A model generated the notes under the pieces. The model was not told the origin of the DNA and searched no databases. It saw only the letters and a program-made list of their open reading frames with translations. From positions 1-64,000 of the forward strand of contig JAZLBQ010000003.1 in assembly GCA_045613785.1 (NCBI GenBank): a stretch of 64,000 nucleotides of DNA, written 5' to 3'. The stretch comes from Candidatus Enterousia sp. Lineage in GTDB: Bacteria > Pseudomonadota > Alphaproteobacteria > Rs-D84. Positions within the stretch are counted from its first letter, which is position 1. Every line of letters begins with the position of its first letter. The position numbers were made by a program, and so were the translations under genes. This document shows positions 9,122 to 19,586 of the stretch, piece after piece.

Positions 9122-10945
9122 TTATCGGGTGTGTTCGTCTTTGATAAAGAAACGTTTAGAGCCGGCTTCTTTGAGTAAGCGTTCTGTCTTTAATAGGCAA
9201 GAACAACGATTGGACAATTCAATTCGCAGACCTTCGGCAGTTTCTTTGACGGATTTTGCATGAATGTTATAACCACTGAATTTTTGTTTCTGCAATGAGA
9301 TGCGTGAACGTAGATCTGGGCCATATATCTGCCAGATTGGTGTCTGGGGCAGTTCGTGGTTATCCGTAACAATGCCGTGGATTGCCAGGATAGTGTTGTC
9401 CATTAGTAATTTTATTTCTGTGCCAAAGTGATTGGATAGAATCTTTTTACCGTTTACATAGACGTTGTTATAGGTTCCTTCAAGTGTTGTTTTTACTGGT
9501 TCTAGCGTTACAGATAATTGATTTGTGTCTGTTGTGGCTTTTTTTGGAACAGATGGTGTTCTTTGTGCTGGTTGTTTAGGGGTTATACTGGCGGCAACCG
9601 TTTCTGTTGTTTGAGAGGTAGGTATGCTTGCAGGTGTTGTTATTTTTTTGATAATTTCATTTTGTTGCTGGTGTTCAGAGGCAGAGCCTAATATTACAAG
9701 TGGGTGTGTTGTTATATTTCCGTTATCATCAATTATGATTGTTTCGCCTGGACGTAGTGTTTTTGCGTCATGTGGTAATTGCAGGACATGTTCGATTGTT
9801 TGGCCGTTGTGTGACACGTGAAGAAAATATTGTGAAATGTCACGATATTTTTTTGTATATAAATCGTGTGTTGATTCTGTATAGGCAGCAGATTGAACGC
9901 CAGATGAGGTATCCTGGAACAGCTTGCCGTTCGAATAGTTTATCAGATAAAGGACATGACTTTGTTTGTTTGACATTTTACGAACAATTGCGGTCTTGTT
10001 TTTTGTGTCCAAGAAATATAGTTCGTATGGTATTTTCGATGCTGTTAGCAGATTTCTTTCGCTTGTGCCGTCGTTAAATACCAAGCAGTAGTTTCCACTG
10101 ATGGTTTTTTTAGAATATAGTGGTAATATTGCGTTTTGTAATTTTTTGTCTGGTGTGCTTGCAGATTTTTGTGGTGTTTGTGCCTTTTTTTGCTTTTTAA
10201 TTCTGACAAAGCTTTGTTTTTCGGCATCATAATTTGGGAAAGTGGCAACAAGTGCGTTATTGAATTCAGCGGAAATTGGTTTGTTTGTGTGTTTGTGATT
10301 ATAAAAAGCAACTTGTAATTGGCGTTTTGTCTTGGTTGACCAATCTATTTTTGTGGCACGCCTTGCCCGTGTCTGTCTTGTTATTTTTTTTAGGGCAGGG
10401 TCATAGCCTGGAAATGTGGCAATCAGGACAGCGTGTAATTCTGGTTCGATTGGCAAATTGCGTCTGTTGCGATAGCCCAGAGCCGTGCGTAGTGTTTGCT
10501 TGGACGATTTTGCCCAGTTTGTAGGACGAACGGTTCTTTTCTTTCTGAATATCTTTTTTATTGTATTTGTCGTTGGGTCGTATCCCGCAAAGGCGGCCGC
10601 TAGTGCCTGTTGTAGTGCCGGCTCGACTGGTAATTTATGTTTCTTTCGATAAAATAAGGCCGATGATAATGCTGCCTTGGTTGCTTTTGACCAATCGACA
10701 GAAGAAGACTTTGTTCTGCGTTCTGGTTGTGTGGTTTTGATAGCCGGTGCAACAGTATCTGGTTGGACTGGTTGAATTGTGTCTTGCAATAGATTGTATG
10801 TGATATGTTGCGAGATTTGTGTCGCTAGCAGGGTTGTGGCGTTTCTTAGTTGTTCAATGGCAGAGCGGACATCAGGATTATTTAATAAATCTGGTGATAT
10901 TTTTTTTATGTATTCTTCGATGTTAAATGTTGTTGTTTCTTTCAT
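9122..10945 (-). CDS. Hypothetical 607-aa protein with three basic ~58-aa repeats, ends in Arg
   Basis: Long ORF with repeats of the form [DN]W-x2-...-P-[IV]-x-...-F-x-[GN]-Y-D. Confidence 0.8.
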   Translation of the reverse strand: MKETTTFNIEEYIKKISPDLLNNPDVRSAIEQLRNATTLLATQISQHITYNLLQDTIQPVQPDTVAPAIKTTQPERRTKSSSVDWSKATKAALSSALFYRKKHKLPVEPALQQALAAAFAGYDPTTNTIKKIFRKKRTVRPTNWAKSSKQTLRTALGYRNRRNLPIEPELHAVLIATFPGYDPALKKITRQTRARRATKIDWSTKTKRQLQVAFYNHKHTNKPISAEFNNALVATFPNYDAEKQSFVRIKKQKKAQTPQKSASTPDKKLQNAILPLYSKKTISGNYCLVFNDGTSERNLLTASKIPYELYFLDTKNKTAIVRKMSNKQSHVLYLINYSNGKLFQDTSSGVQSAAYTESTHDLYTKKYRDISQYFLHVSHNGQTIEHVLQLPHDAKTLRPGETIIIDDNGNITTHPLVILGSASEHQQQNEIIKKITTPASIPTSQTTETVAASITPKQPAQRTPSVPKKATTDTNQLSVTLEPVKTTLEGTYNNVYVNGKKILSNHFGTEIKLLMDNTILAIHGIVTDNHELPQTPIWQIYGPDLRSRISLQKQKFSGYNIHAKSVKETAEGLRIELSNRCSCLLKTERLLKEAGSKRFFIKDEHTR

Positions 10946-11003
10946 TTGCTATCCTGTTTATGTTTTTCTGATTCCGTTGCCCCCCCCCCTTTACTAGTTG
11001 TTT

Positions 11004-12824
11004 TTATTTTTTTGATTTTGTTGATTTTGATTCGGTTTTAAACTGGATATCTCGCAGTTTTTTGTATTCGCCATCTAAAGCACATAGTTCAGCATCTGTT
11101 CCCATTTCTATAATTTGGCCGTCTTTGATTACGCAAATTATGTCTGCGTCCAGAATTGTTGAAAGACGGTGTGCAATCACAAATGTTGTGCGACCTTGCA
11201 TCAGGCTGTTTAATGAAGATTGTATCAATTTTTCGCTTTGTGTATCCAGGGCAGATGTCGCTTCGTCCAGCAGTAGGATAGGCGAATCTTTTAATATTGC
11301 ACGTGCAATGGCGATTCGTTGTTTCTGACCGCCAGACAGTAAACCGCCACCTTCGCCAACTGATGTTTTATAGCCATCAGGGAATTCCATAATAAAATCG
11401 TGGGCGTTTGCAGCACGTGCAGCAGCAATGACTTCGTCATCTGTTGCGTCAGGGCGACCGTATTTGATGTTGTCTTCGATTGTGCCGTTGAACAAAAATA
11501 CCGATTGCGAAACTTCTGCAATGTTATGGCGTAGTGATTGTAGTGTATATTTTTTTATGTCTGTTTTGTTTATTGTGATTTTACCAGTTTGTGGTTCGTA
11601 AAAACGTTCTAACAGATTGAATAGTGTGGTTTTTCCGCCGCCAGAAGGACCAACCAAGGCACATACTTTGCCGGCAGGAACGTTCAAATTGATGTTTTTT
11701 AGAACTGGTTCACTTGGGTTGTATGCAAATGATACATTATGAAATCCGACAGATAGATTCTTTGCTGTGATTTTGCGGGCATCTGGCGAATCGGTAATGT
11801 CGGGCTTGCTGTCCAGGAATTGGAACAATATTTCTGCTGCCAACAGGCCGTGTTGTAATGTGTCGCCGGTGCTGGTGATTGATTTTGCAGGTTTGTATGC
11901 CGCAGTCAATGCCAGCAAGAATGCTGTAAAATCACCAGTTGTGATTGCACCACTGGCAATGAAATGACCGCCCATAATCATCGCAATGCATAAACCAATT
12001 GAAATCATAAATTCCATCAATGGTGAACGCAGGGCGTTGGCCTGGGTGCTTTTATATGCGTTGACCATAGAAGAGTTCAAAACATGAGCGAAATTTTTTT
12101 CTTCACGTTCTTCGGCACCAAATGCTTGGATTGTTTTTATGCCATGCAATGTTTGGTTTATTTGCTGAGATACATTGTTGGCAATTCCAAAAGATTGACG
12201 TGATAGTTTGCGACGCTTACGCATAATCAAAACCATTGGAATCATAATTGCTGGTGTCAGAAACATCAAAACAATACACATCTGATGTGCATAATAGAAC
12301 ATCAATGCCAATGTCATTACAAGTGTGGCAACATTTTGCACAACTTTTATTACAGTGCCTGTGACCAGGTTCAGAACTGCATTAGCCTGAACAGTGAAGT
12401 AGTTCAAGTTTTTGCCAATGCCGTCTGCATAGAAGCGTGCAAGATTCATGTGGGTTATATGTTTATAAATTTTCTTTTGCAGATTTGCACTGGCCAGCAA
12501 ACCACCTTTGGACATAATCAATGCCTTGGCATATGTAAATGTGCCTTTGGCACCAAATGCAACAATAACTTGAACACCCAGCCAGTAAACAGCGTTTATG
12601 CTTTTTTCAATAAAGGCCTTGTCCACAACCTGTTGGACGATGGTTATAGTGTATGCTTCTGCTGCTGCGGCAAGAATTGTAAAGATTATTCCGGCAACTA
12701 GCCATTTCCAGTATGGTTTACCAACTTCGTTCCATACACGCCCGTATAAAGACCACTTGATGCGGCCGTTTGATTCGTCGCCTTTGATAAAGGCTTTTAT
12801 TTTATTAGATATTTTCTTAATCAT
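11004..12824 (-). CDS. msbA: ABC transporter permease/ATPase, MsbA-like lipid A flippase
   Basis: Multi-helix TM domain plus GPSGGGKTT, LSGGQKQRIAIARAILKD, LLLDEATSALD, IAHRLST. Confidence 0.75.
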   Translation of the reverse strand: MIKKISNKIKAFIKGDESNGRIKWSLYGRVWNEVGKPYWKWLVAGIIFTILAAAAEAYTITIVQQVVDKAFIEKSINAVYWLGVQVIVAFGAKGTFTYAKALIMSKGGLLASANLQKKIYKHITHMNLARFYADGIGKNLNYFTVQANAVLNLVTGTVIKVVQNVATLVMTLALMFYYAHQMCIVLMFLTPAIMIPMVLIMRKRRKLSRQSFGIANNVSQQINQTLHGIKTIQAFGAEEREEKNFAHVLNSSMVNAYKSTQANALRSPLMEFMISIGLCIAMIMGGHFIASGAITTGDFTAFLLALTAAYKPAKSITSTGDTLQHGLLAAEILFQFLDSKPDITDSPDARKITAKNLSVGFHNVSFAYNPSEPVLKNINLNVPAGKVCALVGPSGGGKTTLFNLLERFYEPQTGKITINKTDIKKYTLQSLRHNIAEVSQSVFLFNGTIEDNIKYGRPDATDDEVIAAARAANAHDFIMEFPDGYKTSVGEGGGLLSGGQKQRIAIARAILKDSPILLLDEATSALDTQSEKLIQSSLNSLMQGRTTFVIAHRLSTILDADIICVIKDGQIIEMGTDAELCALDGEYKKLRDIQFKTESKSTKSKK

Positions 12825-12901
12825 AGCGTTTATTATTATAAGTTGTGTCCGGAATTTTGTCTAGTCTTAAAAATATTATTGGGTGTGATTTATTTTTTAT
12901 G

Positions 12902-12930
12902 TTGACATCGTGTTTTAAAATGTATAAAAT
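12902..12930 (+). promoter_or_regulatory. Sigma70 promoter for tRNA-Ala/rpsU, TTGACA-N17-TAAAAT
   Basis: Consensus boxes with a 17-bp spacer upstream of the tRNA. Confidence 0.65.
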
Positions 12931-12964
12931 GTGTTCGCTTTCGAATTTGAAAGTGCAAAGTTTT

Positions 12965-13040
12965 GGGGTCATAGCTCAGTTGGTAGAGCACCTGCTTTGC
13001 AAGCAGGGGGTCGTCAGTTCGAGTCTGATTGGCTCCACCA
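12965..13040 (+). tRNA. tRNA-Ala(TGC)
   Basis: GGGGTCA acceptor with G3:U70, anticodon arm CCTGC-TT-TGC-AA-GCAGG, GTTCGA T-loop, encoded CCA. Confidence 0.97.
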
Positions 13041-13118
13041 AAATAAACGAGGGGAGGGACGTAAGTCCCTTTTCTTTGAGTTAAACAAAATAAAATGCGT
13101 TAAAGGGGGTGAAGTCAT

Positions 13119-13325
13119 ATGGTGAAAGTTCTGGTGCGTGATAATAACGTAGAACAGGCATTGCGTGTTGCAAAACGTAAATCGCAAAAAGAAGGTCTGT
13201 ATCGTGAAATGAAAGAACGTCAGCGTTATGAAAAACCAACAACTAAACGCAAGCGTTTGAAAGAAGAAGCCGTTCGTAATGAAAAGAAACGTCAATCAAA
13301 ACAACGTATGGTTTTCGGATTCTAA
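13119..13325 (+). CDS. rpsU: 30S ribosomal protein S21
   Basis: [37 protein letters not shown]. Confidence 0.97.
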   Translation: MVKVLVRDNNVEQALRVAKRKSQKEGLYREMKERQRYEKPTTKRKRLKEEAVRNEKKRQSKQRMVFGF

Positions 13326-13496
13326 ATAAAATCAATCCCCCGACTGGGGGATTTTTTTTGGGGAAAATAAAGTTTGTTTAAAGTTTTTTTTGGCTTGACA
13401 TGGTCGGGGTATAATGGATACGATAAGACCAAAGTAGTATTGGAAGGATTTGGCTTTTTATAGCTATTTTTGTATAAAATCTGGAGAGGAAACCGT

Positions 13497-14747
13497 ATGA
13501 GACGTGCTTTTATTAGATTGTTTGGATGTGTGCTATCTGCTATTGGATTGGGGGTGTCGTATGATACTACAATGACAGTTGTTCTTGGGAATAAGGCGGC
13601 ACCAGGTGCGTCATGGGCTGCTACGGGTGCTTCGGCATGTTTTTTTAATTCGGGATGCGTACCATCTACAGACACATTGTCTGGGGCTATCAATTTAAAA
13701 ATGTCAGGGTCTTGCACTGTTGACGGTTCAGATATTACATATAATGTTGTTTTGGTACCTTGGTATGTTGGCTGGTTGAACCATGACTATAATAATGGTA
13801 ATAATTCAATGACTGGGGATTGGCCATTGATTTATACAAATGGGTTCAAAACTTCTGCTATGGCATTAGGTTTTTCTGGAGATAGTTATTCGGGTTCTGT
13901 TAGTGGCTATTTTGTGGGAACATGGCGAAATGTTCCGGGGGCTGCTGCTGATGATCTTGAATTGTGTAAAAATGATCAATGGCTATCGGGTGCTCATTTG
14001 GGACTTTCGACAGGTATTGGGGACAACCCGTCCTCACGATCATTTAGAGGAAGTTGTGTTATGAACCGTGATGAGGTTGGTGGTTTTAGTTATGAGTATT
14101 CTTCTGAAGGAACTAAGAAGTATGGGGCAGTGTATTTGTATGGGTCTACCCCATTTATAAACGCAGGGTGTTGTGAATACTCAGGATCAGGATCAAATTC
14201 GAACTCGACATCTTGCCCGTGTTTTTATGCTCCGGCTACAAAGTCGTATAGTTATAAATACTATGAAACGGCATCATATTCTAAGCCTAATCCTGGCTGG
14301 CGTTCTACGAGTACTGTGACTTTTTATGAACCGTTTGTGTTGTATTATTTTGAAGGTTGTAAAAAAGGTTATTATAAGGAAAAATTGCTGAATGGGGAAT
14401 CTGGGAATTTTGCACTGAATTTGCTTTCTCCTGATGCTTATGCTGGGATGCAATCGAATTCTTATATTAGAGATGTTTGTGCTTATAGACAGGTTGGTAC
14501 GACGCCGTCAGACGAAAATGCAACTCGGAACTATGAGAATATTTGGACTGTTTGTCAAGAATGTGACGAAATGACAGAGTTGTATTTGCAGAATAGCTAC
14601 AAGCCAACTATTTCAAGTTGGGGAACAGCAACACCTGCAACTTCTGCAAATGGTGTGGGTGATAGCACTTGTAGGGTAGAAGTTTCTAGTGTTAAGGATG
14701 AGATTGGAACTTATAATTTTACGGAATCGTGTACTCCTACTTATTAA
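13497..14747 (+). CDS. Secreted Cys/Gly/Ser/Tyr-rich surface protein
   Basis: GAGGA RBS, N-terminal hydrophobic signal, many Cys, C-terminal ATS..C..D..GTY.F motif. Confidence 0.75.
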   Translation: MRRAFIRLFGCVLSAIGLGVSYDTTMTVVLGNKAAPGASWAATGASACFFNSGCVPSTDTLSGAINLKMSGSCTVDGSDITYNVVLVPWYVGWLNHDYNNGNNSMTGDWPLIYTNGFKTSAMALGFSGDSYSGSVSGYFVGTWRNVPGAAADDLELCKNDQWLSGAHLGLSTGIGDNPSSRSFRGSCVMNRDEVGGFSYEYSSEGTKKYGAVYLYGSTPFINAGCCEYSGSGSNSNSTSCPCFYAPATKSYSYKYYETASYSKPNPGWRSTSTVTFYEPFVLYYFEGCKKGYYKEKLLNGESGNFALNLLSPDAYAGMQSNSYIRDVCAYRQVGTTPSDENATRNYENIWTVCQECDEMTELYLQNSYKPTISSWGTATPATSANGVGDSTCRVEVSSVKDEIGTYNFTESCTPTY

Positions 14748-14899
14748 AGGAATTCCCCCCTGTTGGGGGGATTTTTTTGTTTTTATTTTTTATTGCTTTG
14801 TCTTTTTTTTCGGGGTAATCCGTGTTATAAAGCCCTTGCCAAAGGAAAGGAAAGGGGGTAATATTCGGGTAATGTTTATCAGGTAAAAGGAAAGTTATT

Positions 14900-17800
14900 A
14901 TGTCAAAGTTGATTGTTGATGGAAACTGGGCCGCAGCAGATGTGGCATACAGATGTGTAGATTTTGCAGCAATTTATCCGATTACTCCCAGCAGCACTAT
15001 GGGTGAATTGGCCGACGAGTGGTCATTCCAGCACAAGAAAAATATCTGGGGGGCAATCCCACAAATAATCGAAATGCAATCCGAAGCAGGGGCCGCAGGT
15101 GCAATGCATGGTGCATTGCAGATGGGTAGTTTGGCAACAACTTTTACTGCATCACAAGGATTGTTGTTGATGATTCCAAATATGTATAAAATTGCTGGTG
15201 AACAAACGCCTTTTGTTATGCATGTGGCAGCACGTGCATTGGCAACCCATGCATTGTCTATATTTGGTGATCACAGTGATGTTATGTCGGTTCGTTCGAC
15301 AGGGTTTGCTATGTTGTCTTCGCACAATGTTCAGCAGGCACATGATATGGCAGCAATTGCACATGCTGCAACAATTCGTAGTCGGGTGCCGTTTTTGCAT
15401 TTCTTTGACGGTTTCCGCACCAGCCACGAAGAATCACGCTTGACACGTATTGATGATGATGTTTTACGTGAAATGATTCCAGAATCAATCGTTATGGAAA
15501 ATCGTGCCCGTGGTATGAGTCCTGATAACCCAACAATCCGTGGAACAGCACAAAATCCTGATGTGTATTTCCAGGGGCGTGAAGCGGCAAATCCATTGTA
15601 TGATAAAACGCCAGAAATTGTTCAAAATATGATGGATAAATTCGCAGAATTGACCGGGCGTAAGTATGGTTTGGTGGATTATGTCGGGGATAAAAATGCA
15701 GAATATGTCGTTGTTGCAATGGGCAGTGCCGTCGATACAATCGAAGAAACGTTGCCTCATTTACCATCAGGGTTGGGCTTGATTAAAGTTCATTTGTATC
15801 GTCCTTTCCCAGTCGAGGCTTTCCGGAACGTATTGCCGAAAAATGTAAAAGCAATCGCCGTTCTTGACCGAACAAAGGAACCAGGTAGTGTTGGTGAGCC
15901 TTTGTATCAAGATGTTAAATCAATTGTTGGCGACAGTGCATTGGTCTTTGGCGGGCGTTATGGTTTGGGGTCTAAGGAATTTAAGCCACGTGATGTCAAG
16001 GCAATATATGAAAACTTGATGCGTGGGACGTTGCATCACAATTTTACCGTCGGTATCGATGATGATCTGACGGGGCTGTCGTTAAAAACAGATCCGGCTT
16101 TTGCTGTCGAAGACCCGAATTTCAAAACAGCAATCTTGTATGGTATTGGCAGCGATGGAACTGTTGGGGCGGTAAAAAATATTGTAAAAATCGTTGGGGA
16201 AAATTCAGATTTATATCCACAGTCTTATGCAGTCTATGATTCGAAAAAGTCTGGTGGATTGACTGCATCACATATTCGCTTTTCTGATGCACCTATTAAA
16301 AGTCAATATTTGGTTGAAGTTGCTGATTTTATCAGTGTGTCTAACTTTATGATTGCTCAACGTTTCGATGTGTTCCGTGGATTGCGTGCCGGTGGAACGG
16401 TTATGATAAATACATCAATGACCCCAGAAGTGGCGTTCGCAAATCTGCCACGTGATGTTCAGGAACATTTAATCAGAATTCGTGCAAATGTTTATTTCTT
16501 GGATGCAAATAAGGCCGCAGCAGAATTAGGTTTGGGAAATCGCATAAATACATTTATTATGCTGAATTTCTTTAATTTAACCCAGGTTATTGACCCAGCA
16601 CAGGCGGCGGTCAGTGCCAAGGTCGCAATCGAAAAGACTTATAAAAAGAAGGGGATGGAGGTCGTTCAAGCAAACTGGGCCGCTGTCGATAAAGCCGCAG
16701 AATATTTGAATAAATATGATTTGCCGTCTTCTGTGTCTGGATTTGCACCAGATTTTGTGCCAGCAATGACATTAAATACGCCCGCGGAAATTGCAGGAAC
16801 ATTGGGTGAAATGGCTGCACAACGTGGTGATGCTATCCCTGTTTCTAGATTCCGGATTGATGGCCAATTTGGTGGCGGTCAATATCCTGTTGGAACGTCT
16901 AAATACGAAAAACGTGCAATTAGCGACAAGGTTGCAACAGTTGATTTGGAAAAATGTCTTCAGTGTGGCAAGTGTTCTATGCTGTGTCCGCACGCCGTTA
17001 TTCGTATCAAGGCATTGACCCAGGAACAGGTCGCAGATGCACAGGCACGTGGTATAAAGGTTGTGCCAATGAAAACACCAGAGTTGGGACAAAATATGTA
17101 TTTCACAATCAATATTTCACCGGCTGATTGCACAGGCTGTAATATTTGTGTGAAAAACTGTCCAACTGGGGCGATTTCAATGGTAAATGCACGTGATGTA
17201 ATGGAAAAACAGCAGGTGGAATTTAATGCCGCAGAAGATTTGCCAGATTTTCCACGTGAAAAATTAAATCTGAATATCCCAAAGCATGTGGAACTGTTGC
17301 CGCACTATTTTGAATTTCCAGGAGCATGTGCAGGTTGTGGTGAAACACCGTATGTGAAACTGTTGGCTCATTTGTTCGGTGATAGAATGGTCGTTGCAAA
17401 TGCAACAGGATGTTCGTCTATTTATGGGGCGAATTTGCCGACAACACCATGGACTAGGGATAAAAATGGTCGGGGACCAGCGTGGTCTAATTCTTTGTTC
17501 GAAGATAACGCCGAATATGGTTTGGGTATGCGTTTGGCACTGAACCAAAAACGTGAGAACTTGAAGGCGTTGTTGTTTGAATTAGGTATCGAAAATGTTG
17601 AAGGTTTGTTCGATGAAACCGATTCGAAAAAACAACGTGAAATTGAAACCTTGTTGCGTGATAAGTTGGCATTGATTGACAGTGAACGGGCAAGATTGGC
17701 AGAAACGTTGGTTGGCGAAATTGTTGATAAGTCTGTATGGATTATTGGTGGCGATGGTTGGGCATATGATATTGGCTATGGCGGTGTTGATCATATTTTG

Positions 17801-18409
17801 CATAGCGGCGAAAATGTAAATATATTGGTCTTGGATACCGAAGGTTATTCTAATACTGGTGGACAACAGTCTAAATCTACGCCGTTTGGTGCTAGTATGA
17901 AGTTCGCAATCGGTGGTAAAAATAATGCCAAGAAAGATTTGGGTATGATTGCAATGATGTCTGGGGCATATGTTGCACAGATTGCGTTGGGGGCAAATCA
18001 AGCCCAGGCGATTCGTGCCTTGCGTGAGGCAGCATCATTTAATGGCCCTTCTATCATATTGGCGTATGCACCATGTATCGCACATGGGTTTGCATTGCAA
18101 AATGGTGCAAGTCATCAAATGCAGATGGTTCAGACAGGGGCTTGGCCTTTGTTCCGGTTTGATCCACGTTTAATTGTAGATGGACACAATCCGTTGACAA
18201 TGGATTCAAGTGTTGATAATCCACTGCCGTTGGAAGATTTCTTGAAAACAGAATCAAGATTCGGAGCAGCACGAGCAGCAAATCCGCAGTTTGATAAATT
18301 GGTTGATATGGCCAAGGCTAATAATGCCTATAAAAGTGAATTGAAAAAGCATATCGCACAGTTCGCAATGCTAAATAAACCGGTCGTTAAAGAAAACGGA
18401 GAAGGATAA
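14900..18409 (+). CDS. nifJ: Pyruvate:ferredoxin (flavodoxin) oxidoreductase
   Basis: YPITPSS, EMQSEAGAAG, HFFDGFRTSHE, two CxxCxxCxxxCP ferredoxin motifs, GACAGCGET, GGDGWAYDIG. Confidence 0.98.
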   Translation: MSKLIVDGNWAAADVAYRCVDFAAIYPITPSSTMGELADEWSFQHKKNIWGAIPQIIEMQSEAGAAGAMHGALQMGSLATTFTASQGLLLMIPNMYKIAGEQTPFVMHVAARALATHALSIFGDHSDVMSVRSTGFAMLSSHNVQQAHDMAAIAHAATIRSRVPFLHFFDGFRTSHEESRLTRIDDDVLREMIPESIVMENRARGMSPDNPTIRGTAQNPDVYFQGREAANPLYDKTPEIVQNMMDKFAELTGRKYGLVDYVGDKNAEYVVVAMGSAVDTIEETLPHLPSGLGLIKVHLYRPFPVEAFRNVLPKNVKAIAVLDRTKEPGSVGEPLYQDVKSIVGDSALVFGGRYGLGSKEFKPRDVKAIYENLMRGTLHHNFTVGIDDDLTGLSLKTDPAFAVEDPNFKTAILYGIGSDGTVGAVKNIVKIVGENSDLYPQSYAVYDSKKSGGLTASHIRFSDAPIKSQYLVEVADFISVSNFMIAQRFDVFRGLRAGGTVMINTSMTPEVAFANLPRDVQEHLIRIRANVYFLDANKAAAELGLGNRINTFIMLNFFNLTQVIDPAQAAVSAKVAIEKTYKKKGMEVVQANWAAVDKAAEYLNKYDLPSSVSGFAPDFVPAMTLNTPAEIAGTLGEMAAQRGDAIPVSRFRIDGQFGGGQYPVGTSKYEKRAISDKVATVDLEKCLQCGKCSMLCPHAVIRIKALTQEQVADAQARGIKVVPMKTPELGQNMYFTINISPADCTGCNICVKNCPTGAISMVNARDVMEKQQVEFNAAEDLPDFPREKLNLNIPKHVELLPHYFEFPGACAGCGETPYVKLLAHLFGDRMVVANATGCSSIYGANLPTTPWTRDKNGRGPAWSNSLFEDNAEYGLGMRLALNQKRENLKALLFELGIENVEGLFDETDSKKQREIETLLRDKLALIDSERARLAETLVGEIVDKSVWIIGGDGWAYDIGYGGVDHILHSGENVNILVLDTEGYSNTGGQQSKSTPFGASMKFAIGGKNNAKKDLGMIAMMSGAYVAQIALGANQAQAIRALREAASFNGPSIILAYAPCIAHGFALQNGASHQMQMVQTGAWPLFRFDPRLIVDGHNPLTMDSSVDNPLPLEDFLKTESRFGAARAANPQFDKLVDMAKANNAYKSELKKHIAQFAMLNKPVVKENGEG

Positions 18410-18841
18410 ATGAAAAAATTATTCGTCGTTTTGGCTTTTTTTTGTCTGGGGGCGTGCACCTTTCAGACAAAACATCGTGGGTATGTGTTCCCAAATGATT
18501 TAGAATCTCAGGTGGCAGATGTCAAAACAACTGCACAGTTGATTGATAAAATTGGTGCTCCACAGGTTAAAACAATTTATGGAGATACTGTTTGGATTTA
18601 CTATGGGGCTGATGAAAATTATCGTGGACCATTGGCACCAACTTTTACAGATGAAACGGTTTTGTTGGTATGGGTCAAGGGTAATAAGGTCACGAAGACC
18701 AAGGTTTTGTATGATGCGGATTTGCCTGATGTTGTCTTGGCACAGGGCGAAACAGAAATCCCAGCTGCGATTGAACTAAATGCAATCGAGGAGTTGTTTA
18801 ACAATATCGGGCGGTTTAGTCCGGCAGGGTTGGGACAATAA
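18410..18841 (+). CDS. bamE: Outer membrane assembly lipoprotein BamE/SmpA-like
   Basis: LGAC lipobox, HRGY, IGAP...WIYY, C-terminal ELFNNIGRF as in alphaproteobacterial BamE. Confidence 0.75.
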   Translation: MKKLFVVLAFFCLGACTFQTKHRGYVFPNDLESQVADVKTTAQLIDKIGAPQVKTIYGDTVWIYYGADENYRGPLAPTFTDETVLLVWVKGNKVTKTKVLYDADLPDVVLAQGETEIPAAIELNAIEELFNNIGRFSPAGLGQ

Positions 18842-18912
18842 TAATATGCGTCCTTGGTTGGACGCATTTTTTTGTCTTGTTATAAAGATGGAAATAATGT
18901 AAAATATAAGGT

Positions 18913-19467
18913 ATGAAAAAGAATATTTTTATTGTTGCAATTATGTTGTTTGCTGCTAGCACTGCGGTGGATGCAGCGACTGAATCAACCGCTTTGTCGT
19001 GTGGACCAGGACATATTCTGGTTGAATCACGAAAAAAACTGGATGGAATTGAAATGGCAGAATGCCAGAAGTTGTGGTGCCGGGATTTAGAAACTGGCAA
19101 ACCAATGGGCAATAATGACAAGCCAAACAGTGGTTATCAGTCAACGTCTTCAATGAATCCGTTATGTGATGCAGATGGTAATTGTGTCGAATGTTGGGGG
19201 GCACGTAAATGGTGTGCTGGTGAACCAGTAGGTGACTGGAATCCAGAATATGGGGCTTATACCCGTGGCGGTGATAATGCAACGTATCAATCGTATCAAA
19301 AAGGTGGGTGTTTTGCGTGGCGTCTGGAAAAACCAGATTGCGAGGCAGGAACAACCGCTGTTTTGCAAGATGGAAAGTGGATTTGTGCATCGTCAACAGG
19401 GACGACAGATGCTAGTCGTGCGTCTGGTGTTCGTCGAACTGGAACAATGCGTAGAATTAAAAGATAG
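18913..19467 (+). CDS. Secreted Cys-rich protein with Arg-rich C-terminus
   Basis: Signal peptide, multiple Cys, ends RRTGTMRRIKR. Confidence 0.8.
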   Translation: MKKNIFIVAIMLFAASTAVDAATESTALSCGPGHILVESRKKLDGIEMAECQKLWCRDLETGKPMGNNDKPNSGYQSTSSMNPLCDADGNCVECWGARKWCAGEPVGDWNPEYGAYTRGGDNATYQSYQKGGCFAWRLEKPDCEAGTTAVLQDGKWICASSTGTTDASRASGVRRTGTMRRIKR

Positions 19468-19586
19468 TAAAAAGGCCGGGCAGAATCCCGGCTTTTAACT
19501 TTTTTGTGTTGTGGGTTTGTTTTTTGGCTTTTTTTATGATATAATGTCCGGGACAGAGAGAATGGCAACCGTAAAAAGGTATCCAA

